Below, piece after piece: positions 7,191-15,129 of a stretch of 34,293 bases of DNA. The stretch is from a virus (lineage: Duplodnaviria; Caudoviricetes): the IMG/VR virus record IMGVR_UViG_3300032261_000043, positions 1 through 34,293 of that record, one strand, 5' to 3'. Made by a program: the position numbers and the translations under genes. Below the pieces are notes generated by a model. That model saw only the letters and a list, made by a program, of their open reading frames with translations. It was not told the DNA's origin and did no database searches. Every line of letters begins with the position of its first letter. Position 1 is the first letter of the stretch.

Positions 7191-8081
7191 ATGATAGACG
7201 CCTTCAATCAGACTTACGGTGCCGCTGCTCGTTTCGACATCAACCGCGGAATGACCGAGGAGGAAATCCGCAAAGTAGCACCGTCCGTGTTTGCCACAAC
7301 GGCGCATCACAGCCGTTCCGAACGCTTTGCGCCGATCCCGACAATTGAAATTCTTCGGGCTCTGCGTAAGGAGGGCTTTGAAGTTGTCGGTGCCAAGCAG
7401 TCGCTCGCTCGTATCGAAGACAAGCGAGATTTCACCAAACATCTTTTGCGTCTTCGCCGCTTGGGCGTGCAGAAGGCGTATCAGGTTGGTGATACCGTCT
7501 GCGAAATGTTGTTGAAGAATGCCAACGACGGATCAGCGGTCTATGATCTGTTCGCCGGGCTCTTCCGCATCCGTTGTCTCAACTCACTCGTTGCCAATCT
7601 CGGCACGGTCGATAGTGTCAAGGTGCGGCACACTGGCAAGGACGTGATCAACAACGTCATTGAAGGCACCTATACCGTGGTCGAAAACGCCAAGCTGGCT
7701 CTGGCTGCTCCGAAGGATTGGCAGCAAATACAGCTCGACCGCGATGAAAAGGTCGCATTCGCAGAAGCGGCACGGGTTGCCCGGTTTGCGGATGCCGAGG
7801 GGAAGGTTGATACGCCCATCACTGCGGATCAATTTTTGCACGTGCGTCGCCGCGACGATCAAGAAAACAACCTCTGGACCAACTTCAACGTGATCCAAGA
7901 GAATGCGCTGCGCGGCGGATTGAATGGCGTTCGTCGGACTGAGCAAGGCCAGCGCCGGCGAATGTCAACCCGCGAAGTCAAGGGCATTGATCAGGACGTG
8001 CGATTGAACCGCGCGCTCTGGACGCTCGCGACGAAGATGGCGGAATTGAAGGGTTGGAAAGAGCCGTCGCCCCAACGGTAA
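7191..8081 (+). CDS. DUF932 (DUF945) family protein
   Basis: APSVFA...HHSRSERFAPIPT...FTKHLLRLR...NANDGSA.Y.L.AGLFR..CLN.L...LW..FNVIQEN...IDQDVRLNRALW. Confidence 0.92.
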   Translation: MIDAFNQTYGAAARFDINRGMTEEEIRKVAPSVFATTAHHSRSERFAPIPTIEILRALRKEGFEVVGAKQSLARIEDKRDFTKHLLRLRRLGVQKAYQVGDTVCEMLLKNANDGSAVYDLFAGLFRIRCLNSLVANLGTVDSVKVRHTGKDVINNVIEGTYTVVENAKLALAAPKDWQQIQLDRDEKVAFAEAARVARFADAEGKVDTPITADQFLHVRRRDDQENNLWTNFNVIQENALRGGLNGVRRTEQGQRRRMSTREVKGIDQDVRLNRALWTLATKMAELKGWKEPSPQR

Positions 8082-8213
8082 CAATCTCTGACCTTTCATA
8101 GGGGACCAGTCCGGTATGGTGATGCGTCCGTGGCCGGTCCCCGACATTATTCCCTTTTTCTTTTTCTCAAATCGTGTACACTGTGACCGGGATCGGCCCC
8201 CGGTCTTGAAAGG

Positions 8214-8396
8214 ATGTCCATGTCCAATGTAGTGAAGACTGCCGAAGTCACGACGTTTTCACGTCTGACTTTGACCAACTTCGAAGCCGGAAAACTGATC
8301 AATGAGATAGCCGCTGCGATGCAGGAAGGATCATCACAGCAGCTCGTTGTGATCGAAGTGGATCACATCGCCGGTTCGATATCTGTCGAATGCTAG
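8214..8396 (+). CDS. Hypothetical protein
   Basis: AAAGGA RBS favours ATG 8220. Confidence 0.6.
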   Translation: MSMSNVVKTAEVTTFSRLTLTNFEAGKLINEIAAAMQEGSSQQLVVIEVDHIAGSISVEC

Positions 8397-8402
8397 AACA
8401 AC

Positions 8403-8440
8403 GGACCGGGGGAGCAATCCTCCGGTCCATTTCCGTTTTC
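8403..8440 (+). terminator. Hairpin / probable intrinsic terminator
   Basis: GGACCGGGGGA-GCAA-TCCTCCGGTCC followed by ATTTCCGTTTT. Confidence 0.6.
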
Positions 8441-8465
8441 AACAAACCCGAAAGACAACAACACT

Positions 8466-8981
8466 ATGACGCTACCCGCACGCACCTTGATCATCTCCGG
8501 CGTTGACGTGACTGACAACATTTTCACGCTCGATGCCCGGATCACCGGTCATGAAATTTCTTGGAACGTAACGCGAGCCCTGCGTGATGCCCGAGCAGGT
8601 TTGTTCGGTCCGCCGGAGATCATCCGGTATCAAGACCTGCCACAACCTTCGCATGAGGATGATCAGAACATCGATTTCGCCAAGGTCGATGCCATCAAGA
8701 AATGCGAGAAGGCTATGCGCGAGCCGTGTATGGCAATCGAACATCACACCGGAGCCATCTTTTGCTTCATCGATGGTAACCATAGGATCGCTGCCCATTA
8801 CAGCGAGGGTCAGGACTTCCCTTGCTGGATCATTCCGCACTGGCTTGAAAGCAGATACCGGGTTCATTTCGAGGAGCTCCATGCACCACATGATACAACA
8901 AAAGAAGATCAAATATTCGGCGGGAGAGGCTCTGATGCTTCAAATTCTCCGCCGAAGAAAACAGCCGATCACAACGGTTGA
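8466..8981 (+). CDS. ParB/Srx-like N-terminal domain protein
   Basis: FCFIDGNHRIAA motif preceded by EPCMAI. Confidence 0.6.
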   Translation: MTLPARTLIISGVDVTDNIFTLDARITGHEISWNVTRALRDARAGLFGPPEIIRYQDLPQPSHEDDQNIDFAKVDAIKKCEKAMREPCMAIEHHTGAIFCFIDGNHRIAAHYSEGQDFPCWIIPHWLESRYRVHFEELHAPHDTTKEDQIFGGRGSDASNSPPKKTADHNG

Positions 8982-9174
8982 TCTGGCTGATTTGTATTAC
9001 AGACAACGGAAGGGAGCAGTGCCATATCATGCTCGCAGCTCCGTGGTGTCTGTCGTCAAATCTCTGGCCGACAAGGCCAAGAGAAACCGGGAGCCGTTCA
9101 CGATCCACCAATCAGAGCGTCGCGGTCCCCATCCCATCGAAGTGCAGCTAAAGGAGGATCATGAAGCGACCTAG
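8881..9174 (+). CDS. Basic winged-helix-like protein
   Basis: GAGGAG RBS before ATG 8881; LQILRRRKQPITTVDLADLYY. Confidence 0.6.
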   Translation: MHHMIQQKKIKYSAGEALMLQILRRRKQPITTVDLADLYYRQRKGAVPYHARSSVVSVVKSLADKAKRNREPFTIHQSERRGPHPIEVQLKEDHEAT

Positions 9175-9931
9175 ACCAAATCCGGATGACTTGGACATCC
9201 CCGATTTTCTCCGGCGACAACCGGGGGATATCGCCAAGTCATCTGCAAACGTTCTTCCGTCATCTCACACGACGCACACGAAGCCCAAACCGTTTCATGT
9301 GCCAATGGGGATGACGGAAGCAGAATACGAAGTGACGAAAGCTCACCTTGAACGAGCACAACATAAAGGGGAATACGATATGGCTAATAGCATGAAATGG
9401 AAGATCGTCCCTTACGATGCCAGCGGGGCGATCATCCAACGCGGTGTTACCTCCGTGCCAGCCGGGACGGAGCAAGTACAACTCTATGCGAAGATGGCTC
9501 ACTGCTATCACCGGTGCGCCAAAGGCACTGTCAAAAAGATCATTGTTCATGATGCTGCGGACGGCATGCGCTGGGATTGGGAGGAAGGCCGGGACAATCC
9601 CTTGCCCCCTCCCGAAAAAGAGGAAGCTGCTCCGGCGTCGGCATCGAAGGGGAAGGCAAAGACCGACGGGAAGGCCAAACCGGAAAAAGTATCCGGCAAG
9701 AAGAAGCGGGCTCCACCGCCGAGGAAACAGGGACCGGGCGTCATCTCAGTCGTGACGGACATGATCAGTGCCAAGGGCGGTGCGAGCATGGACGAAATGA
9801 TGAAAGAACTGACCAAGCAATTTCCGGACCGTGATGCTGCCAGTATGAAGTCAACCGTTCGCACGCAGATGGGCCGGCAGAAGGCTCACAAGCGCCAAGA
9901 CGACAAACGCGGCACGGTTTGGACAAAATGA
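9161..9931 (+). CDS. Protein with N-terminal FtsZ-tail-like peptide and C-terminal HTH-like domain; possible internal start at 9380
   Basis: GGAGG RBS; DDLDIPDFLRRQ at residues 9-20; C-terminal GGASMDEMMKEL...TVRTQM. Confidence 0.75.
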   Translation: MKRPRPNPDDLDIPDFLRRQPGDIAKSSANVLPSSHTTHTKPKPFHVPMGMTEAEYEVTKAHLERAQHKGEYDMANSMKWKIVPYDASGAIIQRGVTSVPAGTEQVQLYAKMAHCYHRCAKGTVKKIIVHDAADGMRWDWEEGRDNPLPPPEKEEAAPASASKGKAKTDGKAKPEKVSGKKKRAPPPRKQGPGVISVVTDMISAKGGASMDEMMKELTKQFPDRDAASMKSTVRTQMGRQKAHKRQDDKRGTVWTK

Positions 9932-10111
9932 ATTCGTGATCCCCTAGCGCGGCAGGGCGTATCGAAGACGAAGCCCCATCGATGCGATAGACCGCGACGC
10001 GGACCAGCCGGCGGTGTCCGTGAGACAGAACAACACCGGCCAGCGGAGCGACGGAGGAGGCTATTTGGCGTCTCCAACTCCGTTCGCTCCGCACCTCAAT
10101 CGGAGGACAAA

Positions 10112-10336
10112 ATGCACTGGCGTATCCAGTTGAAAGATGAACACGGCACCTTTTGGTTCGTCGCTCACAAGCAATGGTCCGAGATGGCCGACGATGGTGC
10201 TAGGTTCGAAGACCCTGCGGTTGCCGCCAACGTTGTAGTAACCGCACAGGCAGACGCGAAATCAAATCCCGAATGGTTTCCGCGTATCAAGATGATTTCA
10301 TTTCGGGACCAACCAAATGAAAGGACAGAACGATGA
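10112..10336 (+). CDS. Hypothetical protein
   Basis: GGAGGA RBS. Confidence 0.7.
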   Translation: MHWRIQLKDEHGTFWFVAHKQWSEMADDGARFEDPAVAANVVVTAQADAKSNPEWFPRIKMISFRDQPNERTER

Positions 10337-10614
10337 CGCGAGACGAAGCAATTGATCATGTAATCGGCATCGCAACGATGTGGGGCGAGAACGCGGAAGA
10401 AGCCTATCCGCGACGCATCACAAAGGATATGACCGATGATGATCTGCGCGAACTCTTGAAGGGTTCGGAAGATTTGGACGAAGACGATTTGGAAGATGCC
10501 AGATCAATTCGCGATCTATGGATTGCGATTGACGTATTGACGAGCAACAAGCCGCGGCCCCTGAATGAAGCACTTGGGCCAACGGAGAACGTCGGCTCGA
10601 CAAATCAGGAATAA
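10333..10614 (+). CDS. Acidic hypothetical protein
   Basis: ATGA coupling, AAGGA RBS, Asp/Glu-rich. Confidence 0.7.
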   Translation: MTRDEAIDHVIGIATMWGENAEEAYPRRITKDMTDDDLRELLKGSEDLDEDDLEDARSIRDLWIAIDVLTSNKPRPLNEALGPTENVGSTNQE

Positions 10615-10669
10615 GCATTTCCTACGGGACGGTGACTGCGTGTCACCGTCCAAAGGAGCTGCCTGCTCC
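10615..10669 (+). repeat. Repeated hairpin element, copy 2
   Basis: GGACGGTGAC-TGCGT-GTCACCGTCC-AA followed by a GGAGC/GCTCC hairpin. Confidence 0.8.
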
Positions 10670-10695
10670 ATAACCCAAATGAAGGAGATACCAAC

Positions 10696-11367
10696 GTGAA
10701 ATTTTCTAGCCTGATAACGGCCGCTGTGATGACACTCGGCCTAGCATCGACCGCCAACGCTGGCTTGGTGTGCGGTGCTCCGCGGGTATTCTTGGGCGAC
10801 GAGCCCAACGATCCCAATCCTGTCGTCAGCGTGGAAGTGAATTACGATCCCTCGCAACATTTGTGGTCCGTCTTCCATCACCACTATAACGGCTTGGTCG
10901 CCGCTCGCATGTCGCAGTACGCATGGGAGGATTGGAGCAATCCAAATCAAATGCGTTGGGCAGGTTCGCTCAATCGCAACCGTTCGCTCTACATGGTTGG
11001 CGAAGTCCGTTTGAATGCTGCCACCGGCGAAGGCTACTATGAGGAATGGCTGTATAATCGTTCGCAAGGCAATCGGCTCGAATTGCATCTAGGAACGGCT
11101 TGCCGGCTTAATCGTCCGGTTGCTCCGCCGCCTCCGGTTGTTGTCGCTCCGGTCCCGGTCCCGGTTGTCCCTGTCGTTCCGGTGCCCGCCTTCGTCCCCG
11201 TCGCTCCGGCTCCGGCTCCGGCTCCGACGAACAACACGGTGCAACAAAACGGCCCCATCGTCACACCGCAGAGCCCGAATGCCAATAACATCACGATCAC
11301 CATCGTGCCGGGCACCGGTGCCGAGCAGTACAAGGTCAAGCCGGAAGCGAAAGGCGACGGGTCATGA
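10696..11367 (+). CDS. Secreted/periplasmic protein with Pro/Val-rich linker
   Basis: AAGGAG RBS; signal peptide MKFSSLITAAVMTLGLASTANA; PVAPPPPVVVAPVPVPVVP tract. Confidence 0.8.
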   Translation: MKFSSLITAAVMTLGLASTANAGLVCGAPRVFLGDEPNDPNPVVSVEVNYDPSQHLWSVFHHHYNGLVAARMSQYAWEDWSNPNQMRWAGSLNRNRSLYMVGEVRLNAATGEGYYEEWLYNRSQGNRLELHLGTACRLNRPVAPPPPVVVAPVPVPVVPVVPVPAFVPVAPAPAPAPTNNTVQQNGPIVTPQSPNANNITITIVPGTGAEQYKVKPEAKGDGS

Positions 11368-11771
11368 TCGCTCAGAGCCAGCCCGGTGCTAGCGCTCTGA
11401 GACACGCAGAAAGGCAGCAGGTTGAATTCCGGATCAAGGAATGCAACCTGTTGCTGCTCCGTACTGTCAAGGAGCGAATGGAATTGGTGAAGCGAAGAAA
11501 TGCTCTCAACGGATTTGTTGAAGAGCCATCTGAAGAGCCATCAGAGCCAGAACCGGAAATCGAAACACCATCACCGCCAAGGCAACGCAGAATTGGCTCG
11601 TCCAAATTCACTGATGAAGTGTGCGAGCGAATTAAGGCGATGGTCGCAGCCGGCCATGATCGCGAGACAATCGCGGCCATGGTCGGCTGTAGCGTCGGCA
11701 GTCTGCAAGTCAGTTGTTGTAAGCGCAAGATCAGTCTGCGCGTCAAAAGAAGGACATTCACGCATGCCTAA
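11364..11771 (+). CDS. HTH-domain protein
   Basis: KFTDEVCERIKAMVAAGHDRETIAAMVGCSVGSLQVSC; ATGA coupling. Confidence 0.7.
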   Translation: MIAQSQPGASALRHAERQQVEFRIKECNLLLLRTVKERMELVKRRNALNGFVEEPSEEPSEPEPEIETPSPPRQRRIGSSKFTDEVCERIKAMVAAGHDRETIAAMVGCSVGSLQVSCCKRKISLRVKRRTFTHA

Positions 11772-12174
11772 ACCCATGATCATCACCGTGTCCGTCGAAG
11801 AGATTGCCTTTGGCAAAGTCTATCGAATGCTCGACACGCATCCCGGCGTCATCAGTCTGACTTATCACGCTGAAGGCTCCAAACCGAACGGCCACGACAA
11901 GAAGGAGAACGGCAACAAAGGAAAACCCAAAAATACTTTCGAGATGCGCGGTAGCGAATACCTGCTAGGGGCCATGTACAAACACAAGGGACCGGTGCGA
12001 ACCATCGCTCTGCGCAAGCTGTTCGAGCAAGCCAAACGTTCGCCGGCGTCGGTGTCTTCTCTCTTGCACGCTGCCAAACAAGAGGGATTGATTGAAAGCC
12101 GTGAAGACGGTTACGTGCTGACGAAGAAAGGCCGTGACCGTGAATATCAGCGCAGCAAGAAGGGAGCCAAGTAG
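11764..12174 (+). CDS. Winged-helix protein
   Basis: AAGGA RBS; SVSSLLHAAKQEGLIESREDGYVLTKKG. Confidence 0.7.
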   Translation: MPKPMIITVSVEEIAFGKVYRMLDTHPGVISLTYHAEGSKPNGHDKKENGNKGKPKNTFEMRGSEYLLGAMYKHKGPVRTIALRKLFEQAKRSPASVSSLLHAAKQEGLIESREDGYVLTKKGRDREYQRSKKGAK

Positions 12175-12176
12175 CG

Positions 12177-12539
12177 ATGGCCGTCCATAAAATCTTTCGC
12201 ACTTATCGGTTCATCGACAAAGACCCGGTGATTGACGAGCTGCGAACGCTGTTGCAAGATGAAGGTTTGTTCGATCAATTGGCCAAGGTTGCCGTTCTGG
12301 CAAACCTCTCCTATTCGACCGTCTATAGCCTTTTTCACGGTGAAACTCGCAGGCCACACAACTCCACTGCTTCGTCAATCGGCACTTGTGCAGGCTACGA
12401 ACGTGGTTGGAAAAAGGTTCGCCGCAATATCAATTGGGACGAAGAGCTGAAGCTGGCGATTGCGTGGAATAAGAAGGAACGCAAGCGCATGGAAGCTCTT
12501 CGTGCGAAGGAAAAATCACAAAAGAAAAAAGCAGTGTGA
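12177..12539 (+). CDS. Cro/C1-type HTH regulator
   Basis: LAKVAVLANLSYSTVYSLFHGETRRPHNST. Confidence 0.7.
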   Translation: MAVHKIFRTYRFIDKDPVIDELRTLLQDEGLFDQLAKVAVLANLSYSTVYSLFHGETRRPHNSTASSIGTCAGYERGWKKVRRNINWDEELKLAIAWNKKERKRMEALRAKEKSQKKKAV

Positions 12540-12540
12540 C

Positions 12541-12804
12541 ATGATCTTACGATCATACACGCTGGCAATCATCGTGTTCTGGCTCACGCTCAGCATGGGC
12601 TCGACACGGATCAACCTAGATCAGATGCCGGAAATGGGGCTGCAAGGGCTGACCAAAGTGTACAAAGATCGTTACACTTACACAGAACGCGCAACGCCCC
12701 AAGGCATCCCGATTTATCAACCGCGCGTTCCGATACCGCCTTGGGACTTGAACCGAGGCAATCGGCTTCGTGTCATCCGCGACCAATGGGAGCATGTGAA
12801 ATAA
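12541..12804 (+). CDS. Hypothetical membrane-anchored protein
   Basis: ATG just after the previous stop; hydrophobic N-terminus. Confidence 0.55.
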   Translation: MILRSYTLAIIVFWLTLSMGSTRINLDQMPEMGLQGLTKVYKDRYTYTERATPQGIPIYQPRVPIPPWDLNRGNRLRVIRDQWEHVK

Positions 12805-12974
12805 TGCTGACGAAGAAAGACCGCAAAGCCTTGATCACAGCTATCAATCTCGGCTTGACGTTGTACGTGCCTAAAGAGCATCGGCAGGATTTCGCCGAGC
12901 TAATAGCAGACAAACTAGAAGTGCCATTTAAGGCTCGTTTCCTTGAAGCCTGCTTGGCGGATCAAATCGACTAA
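12804..12974 (+). CDS. Hypothetical protein
   Basis: TAATG coupling, GGAG upstream. Confidence 0.6.
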   Translation: MLTKKDRKALITAINLGLTLYVPKEHRQDFAELIADKLEVPFKARFLEACLADQID

Positions 12975-12976
12975 CT

Positions 12977-13003
12977 AGGGGGAGGCTCTGTGCCTCCCCT
13001 TTT
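12977..13003 (+). terminator. Intrinsic terminator
   Basis: GGGGAGGC-TCTGT-GCCTCCCC-TTTT. Confidence 0.7.
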
Positions 13004-13019
13004 CATGGGAGCACGTGAA

Positions 13020-13178
13020 GTGATATTGAAGACCCTGATATTGACGCTCAATGGCATAAACAGAAGCATTGATGTGGTTTTGCGAATGCTGATTGAAGAC
13101 CAATACAAGCGAATGCTATCTCGCGTATTGCCGCGAGATATCAAGCCAAAGAAGCTACTACCAGAAAAGGAGACATGA
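13020..13178 (+). CDS. Hypothetical protein
   Basis: GGAG then GTG 13020. Confidence 0.4.
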   Translation: MILKTLILTLNGINRSIDVVLRMLIEDQYKRMLSRVLPRDIKPKKLLPEKET

Positions 13179-13192
13179 ACAGGACACAGGAA

Positions 13193-13208
13193 AAATTCTC
13201 GAGAATTT
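13193..13208. promoter_or_regulatory. Perfect 16-bp palindrome, candidate operator
   Basis: AAATTCTCGAGAATTT in an intergenic gap. Confidence 0.55.
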
Positions 13209-13244
13209 CACGACTAGTATCAATTTACCTCACCACCAAAAGGA

Positions 13245-14105
13245 GTGAAAATGTCTGACACAATTTTTCCCCGCTGTATGCGCGAGGGAAAAAAGATTGA
13301 CGTGAACATGTGGAGCTTGGCGGAAGCCGTGCTCGCAGAGAGTGATGGCAAATTGGTAGGACGACGCGGCATCAAGGCGTTGTCCGAAGATTTTCAGAAC
13401 CTCTGCGGTTTGGATTACTCGACATCATGGCTGAACGATCTTCGTTTTGTTGCACAACAATTCCCTAGATCGCGACGCTATGACGGAGAGCACAACAAAC
13501 CGATTGTTTCCGTCAAAGCACATCTGGCAGCAGAAGACCCGGATAACTTGGACGCCATCGTGAAGGCGGCCAAGAAGGAAGGCGCTGCTGTTACTTCAAA
13601 GTTTGTGCAACATATGACGGTATTCTTCCGGCAGGAAGAATTTCGAGTGCGAAAGCATGAACACGAAGAAGCCAAACGAGACGTGACACGAGCCTCCAAG
13701 GAATTTGATCGTGCCGCAGCTCGTCAACGTGCAGCGAAGAATGATCACGAACGCGAAGAAGCCCAGCGTGATCGTGATAGTGCTGAGAAGCACAAGAAGG
13801 ATGCGCAGCAACGTGCTAGGGAAACCAGGCCAATGCCGCGCGGACAAGTCAAGGCACCGACGGACGAAACGGTGCTTAGCGTTTCGGTGCTGGTAGCCAG
13901 TCTCAAAGTCAAGGCCGCAGAAGCCAAGGGACTAGCGAAGGGAGCTCGTAAAGAGCTTGGCGACCGCATCGGATATCTGAGCGAGAACCAAGCCGCTCTG
14001 TTGCATGAAGTGGCGATGGAAGCCGCGGAGGCATGGCGGAAACTCGCGCAGGACATCCAGTCTTCAACCGACAAGAAGTCTTCGCACTTGTCAGTTGTTG
14101 CCTAG
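13245..14105 (+). CDS. LmbU-like DNA-binding protein with a charged coiled coil
   Basis: W...GLDYSTSWLNDLRFVAQQFPRSRR...VSVKAH resembles the LmbU pattern GLDYQTLRNYAWVARRF..SRR..LSF.HH; AAGGAG RBS favours ATG 13251. Confidence 0.55.
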   Translation: MKMSDTIFPRCMREGKKIDVNMWSLAEAVLAESDGKLVGRRGIKALSEDFQNLCGLDYSTSWLNDLRFVAQQFPRSRRYDGEHNKPIVSVKAHLAAEDPDNLDAIVKAAKKEGAAVTSKFVQHMTVFFRQEEFRVRKHEHEEAKRDVTRASKEFDRAAARQRAAKNDHEREEAQRDRDSAEKHKKDAQQRARETRPMPRGQVKAPTDETVLSVSVLVASLKVKAAEAKGLAKGARKELGDRIGYLSENQAALLHEVAMEAAEAWRKLAQDIQSSTDKKSSHLSVVA

Positions 14106-14124
14106 AAAGGAGGTATCCGAACAA

Positions 14125-14619
14125 TTGTTGATCCGTGATAGGAATGCTCAAGGATTGTACGACGTGCTTAATCAATATGAGTACGGTTGCACAATCGATC
14201 AGGCACGGCATGATCTTCAACGTGCGTTGAGGTTCGTAGACGATATGTCGTATAGGTACATCAGCAACGTCATTGGCGATATAAGACGCAGAGCCAAGAC
14301 GGGCGAATTGGACTTTACGATATCGCCGTGCAAGCGTGGTCCGAACGGTGACGGTTTGATCTTCGTCGTTCCCAAACAGGAAGATGGGACTTTCGAAGTA
14401 TCAGACAATCACCGCGACGAATTCGACTTTGGTGCCTATGGCTCAATGCGTGAGTTATGTGCCAAAGCGGAAACCGCGGTATCGCAAATGGTGGCCATGG
14501 CTACACATGAAACGAAGCGCCGAAGAAAAGCCGATTTGTTGGAATGTGCCGACAACTTCGGTTTCGCTCTGCGCAAGATGAAACGCGCCATGGAAAATTG
14601 GGAGGAACGAGCAGCCTAG
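14125..14619 (+). CDS. Hypothetical protein (possible N-terminal winged helix)
   Basis: AGGAGG RBS then TTG 14125. Confidence 0.65.
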   Translation: MLIRDRNAQGLYDVLNQYEYGCTIDQARHDLQRALRFVDDMSYRYISNVIGDIRRRAKTGELDFTISPCKRGPNGDGLIFVVPKQEDGTFEVSDNHRDEFDFGAYGSMRELCAKAETAVSQMVAMATHETKRRRKADLLECADNFGFALRKMKRAMENWEERAA

Positions 14620-14651
14620 TTTTTTTCGGGCAAGACTGCTCGCCCATCAAC

Positions 14652-14690
14652 AGTTACCCTGCCCGCCACGGCGGACAGGTTTTAACTTCT
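14652..14690 (+). terminator. Hairpin / probable terminator
   Basis: CCTG-C-CCGC..GCGG-A-CAGG followed by TTTT. Confidence 0.45.
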
Positions 14691-14698
14691 TATAACAT

Positions 14699-14748
14699 CC
14701 ATCAACCTCCATCAATCTCCATCAATCTCCATCAATCCATCAATCTCC
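14699..14748 (+). repeat. Tandem 10-bp repeat (CCATCAATCT), about 5 copies
   Basis: CCATCAACCT CCATCAATCT CCATCAATCT CCATCAAT CCATCAATCT CC. Confidence 0.9.
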
Positions 14749-14783
14749 GCACAATCCAAAAAACATAAAAAGGACGATCAAAA

Positions 14784-15089
14784 ATGAATGGGAAGAAATC
14801 AATTGGAGAGAATGATAGCCGCCTGATCTTTCAACCATTCGAGGAAGCCGTCGTACCTCCTCCCGGCCTTATCGAGCATATCAAGGATAGATGGTGGGTG
14901 GTTCATCCGCAGCGGGGCTTAGTTTGGTTTTGCTTCCATAAAATAGGCCGACATAATCCATTGGAGCTAGCCTCGCCACAGTGCAACACAAATGAGGCAA
15001 TCGTCAGATACCGCCTAGCCCGCTATCATTGGGCGGAAGTCAAGTTTATGCCATCCGTGTTCCGAAGGATTAATCCACATGACTACTAA
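14784..15089 (+). CDS. Hypothetical phage protein
   Basis: AAGGA RBS. Confidence 0.7.
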   Translation: MNGKKSIGENDSRLIFQPFEEAVVPPPGLIEHIKDRWWVVHPQRGLVWFCFHKIGRHNPLELASPQCNTNEAIVRYRLARYHWAEVKFMPSVFRRINPHDY

Positions 15090-15129
15090 AACAAACAACC
15101 ACCACTCAACGATGAAAGGAAGCCAGCAA

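Noticed and set aside
14699-14748. Repeat array as a mini-CRISPR
   Set aside because: Units are 10 bp and directly adjacent, with no spacers
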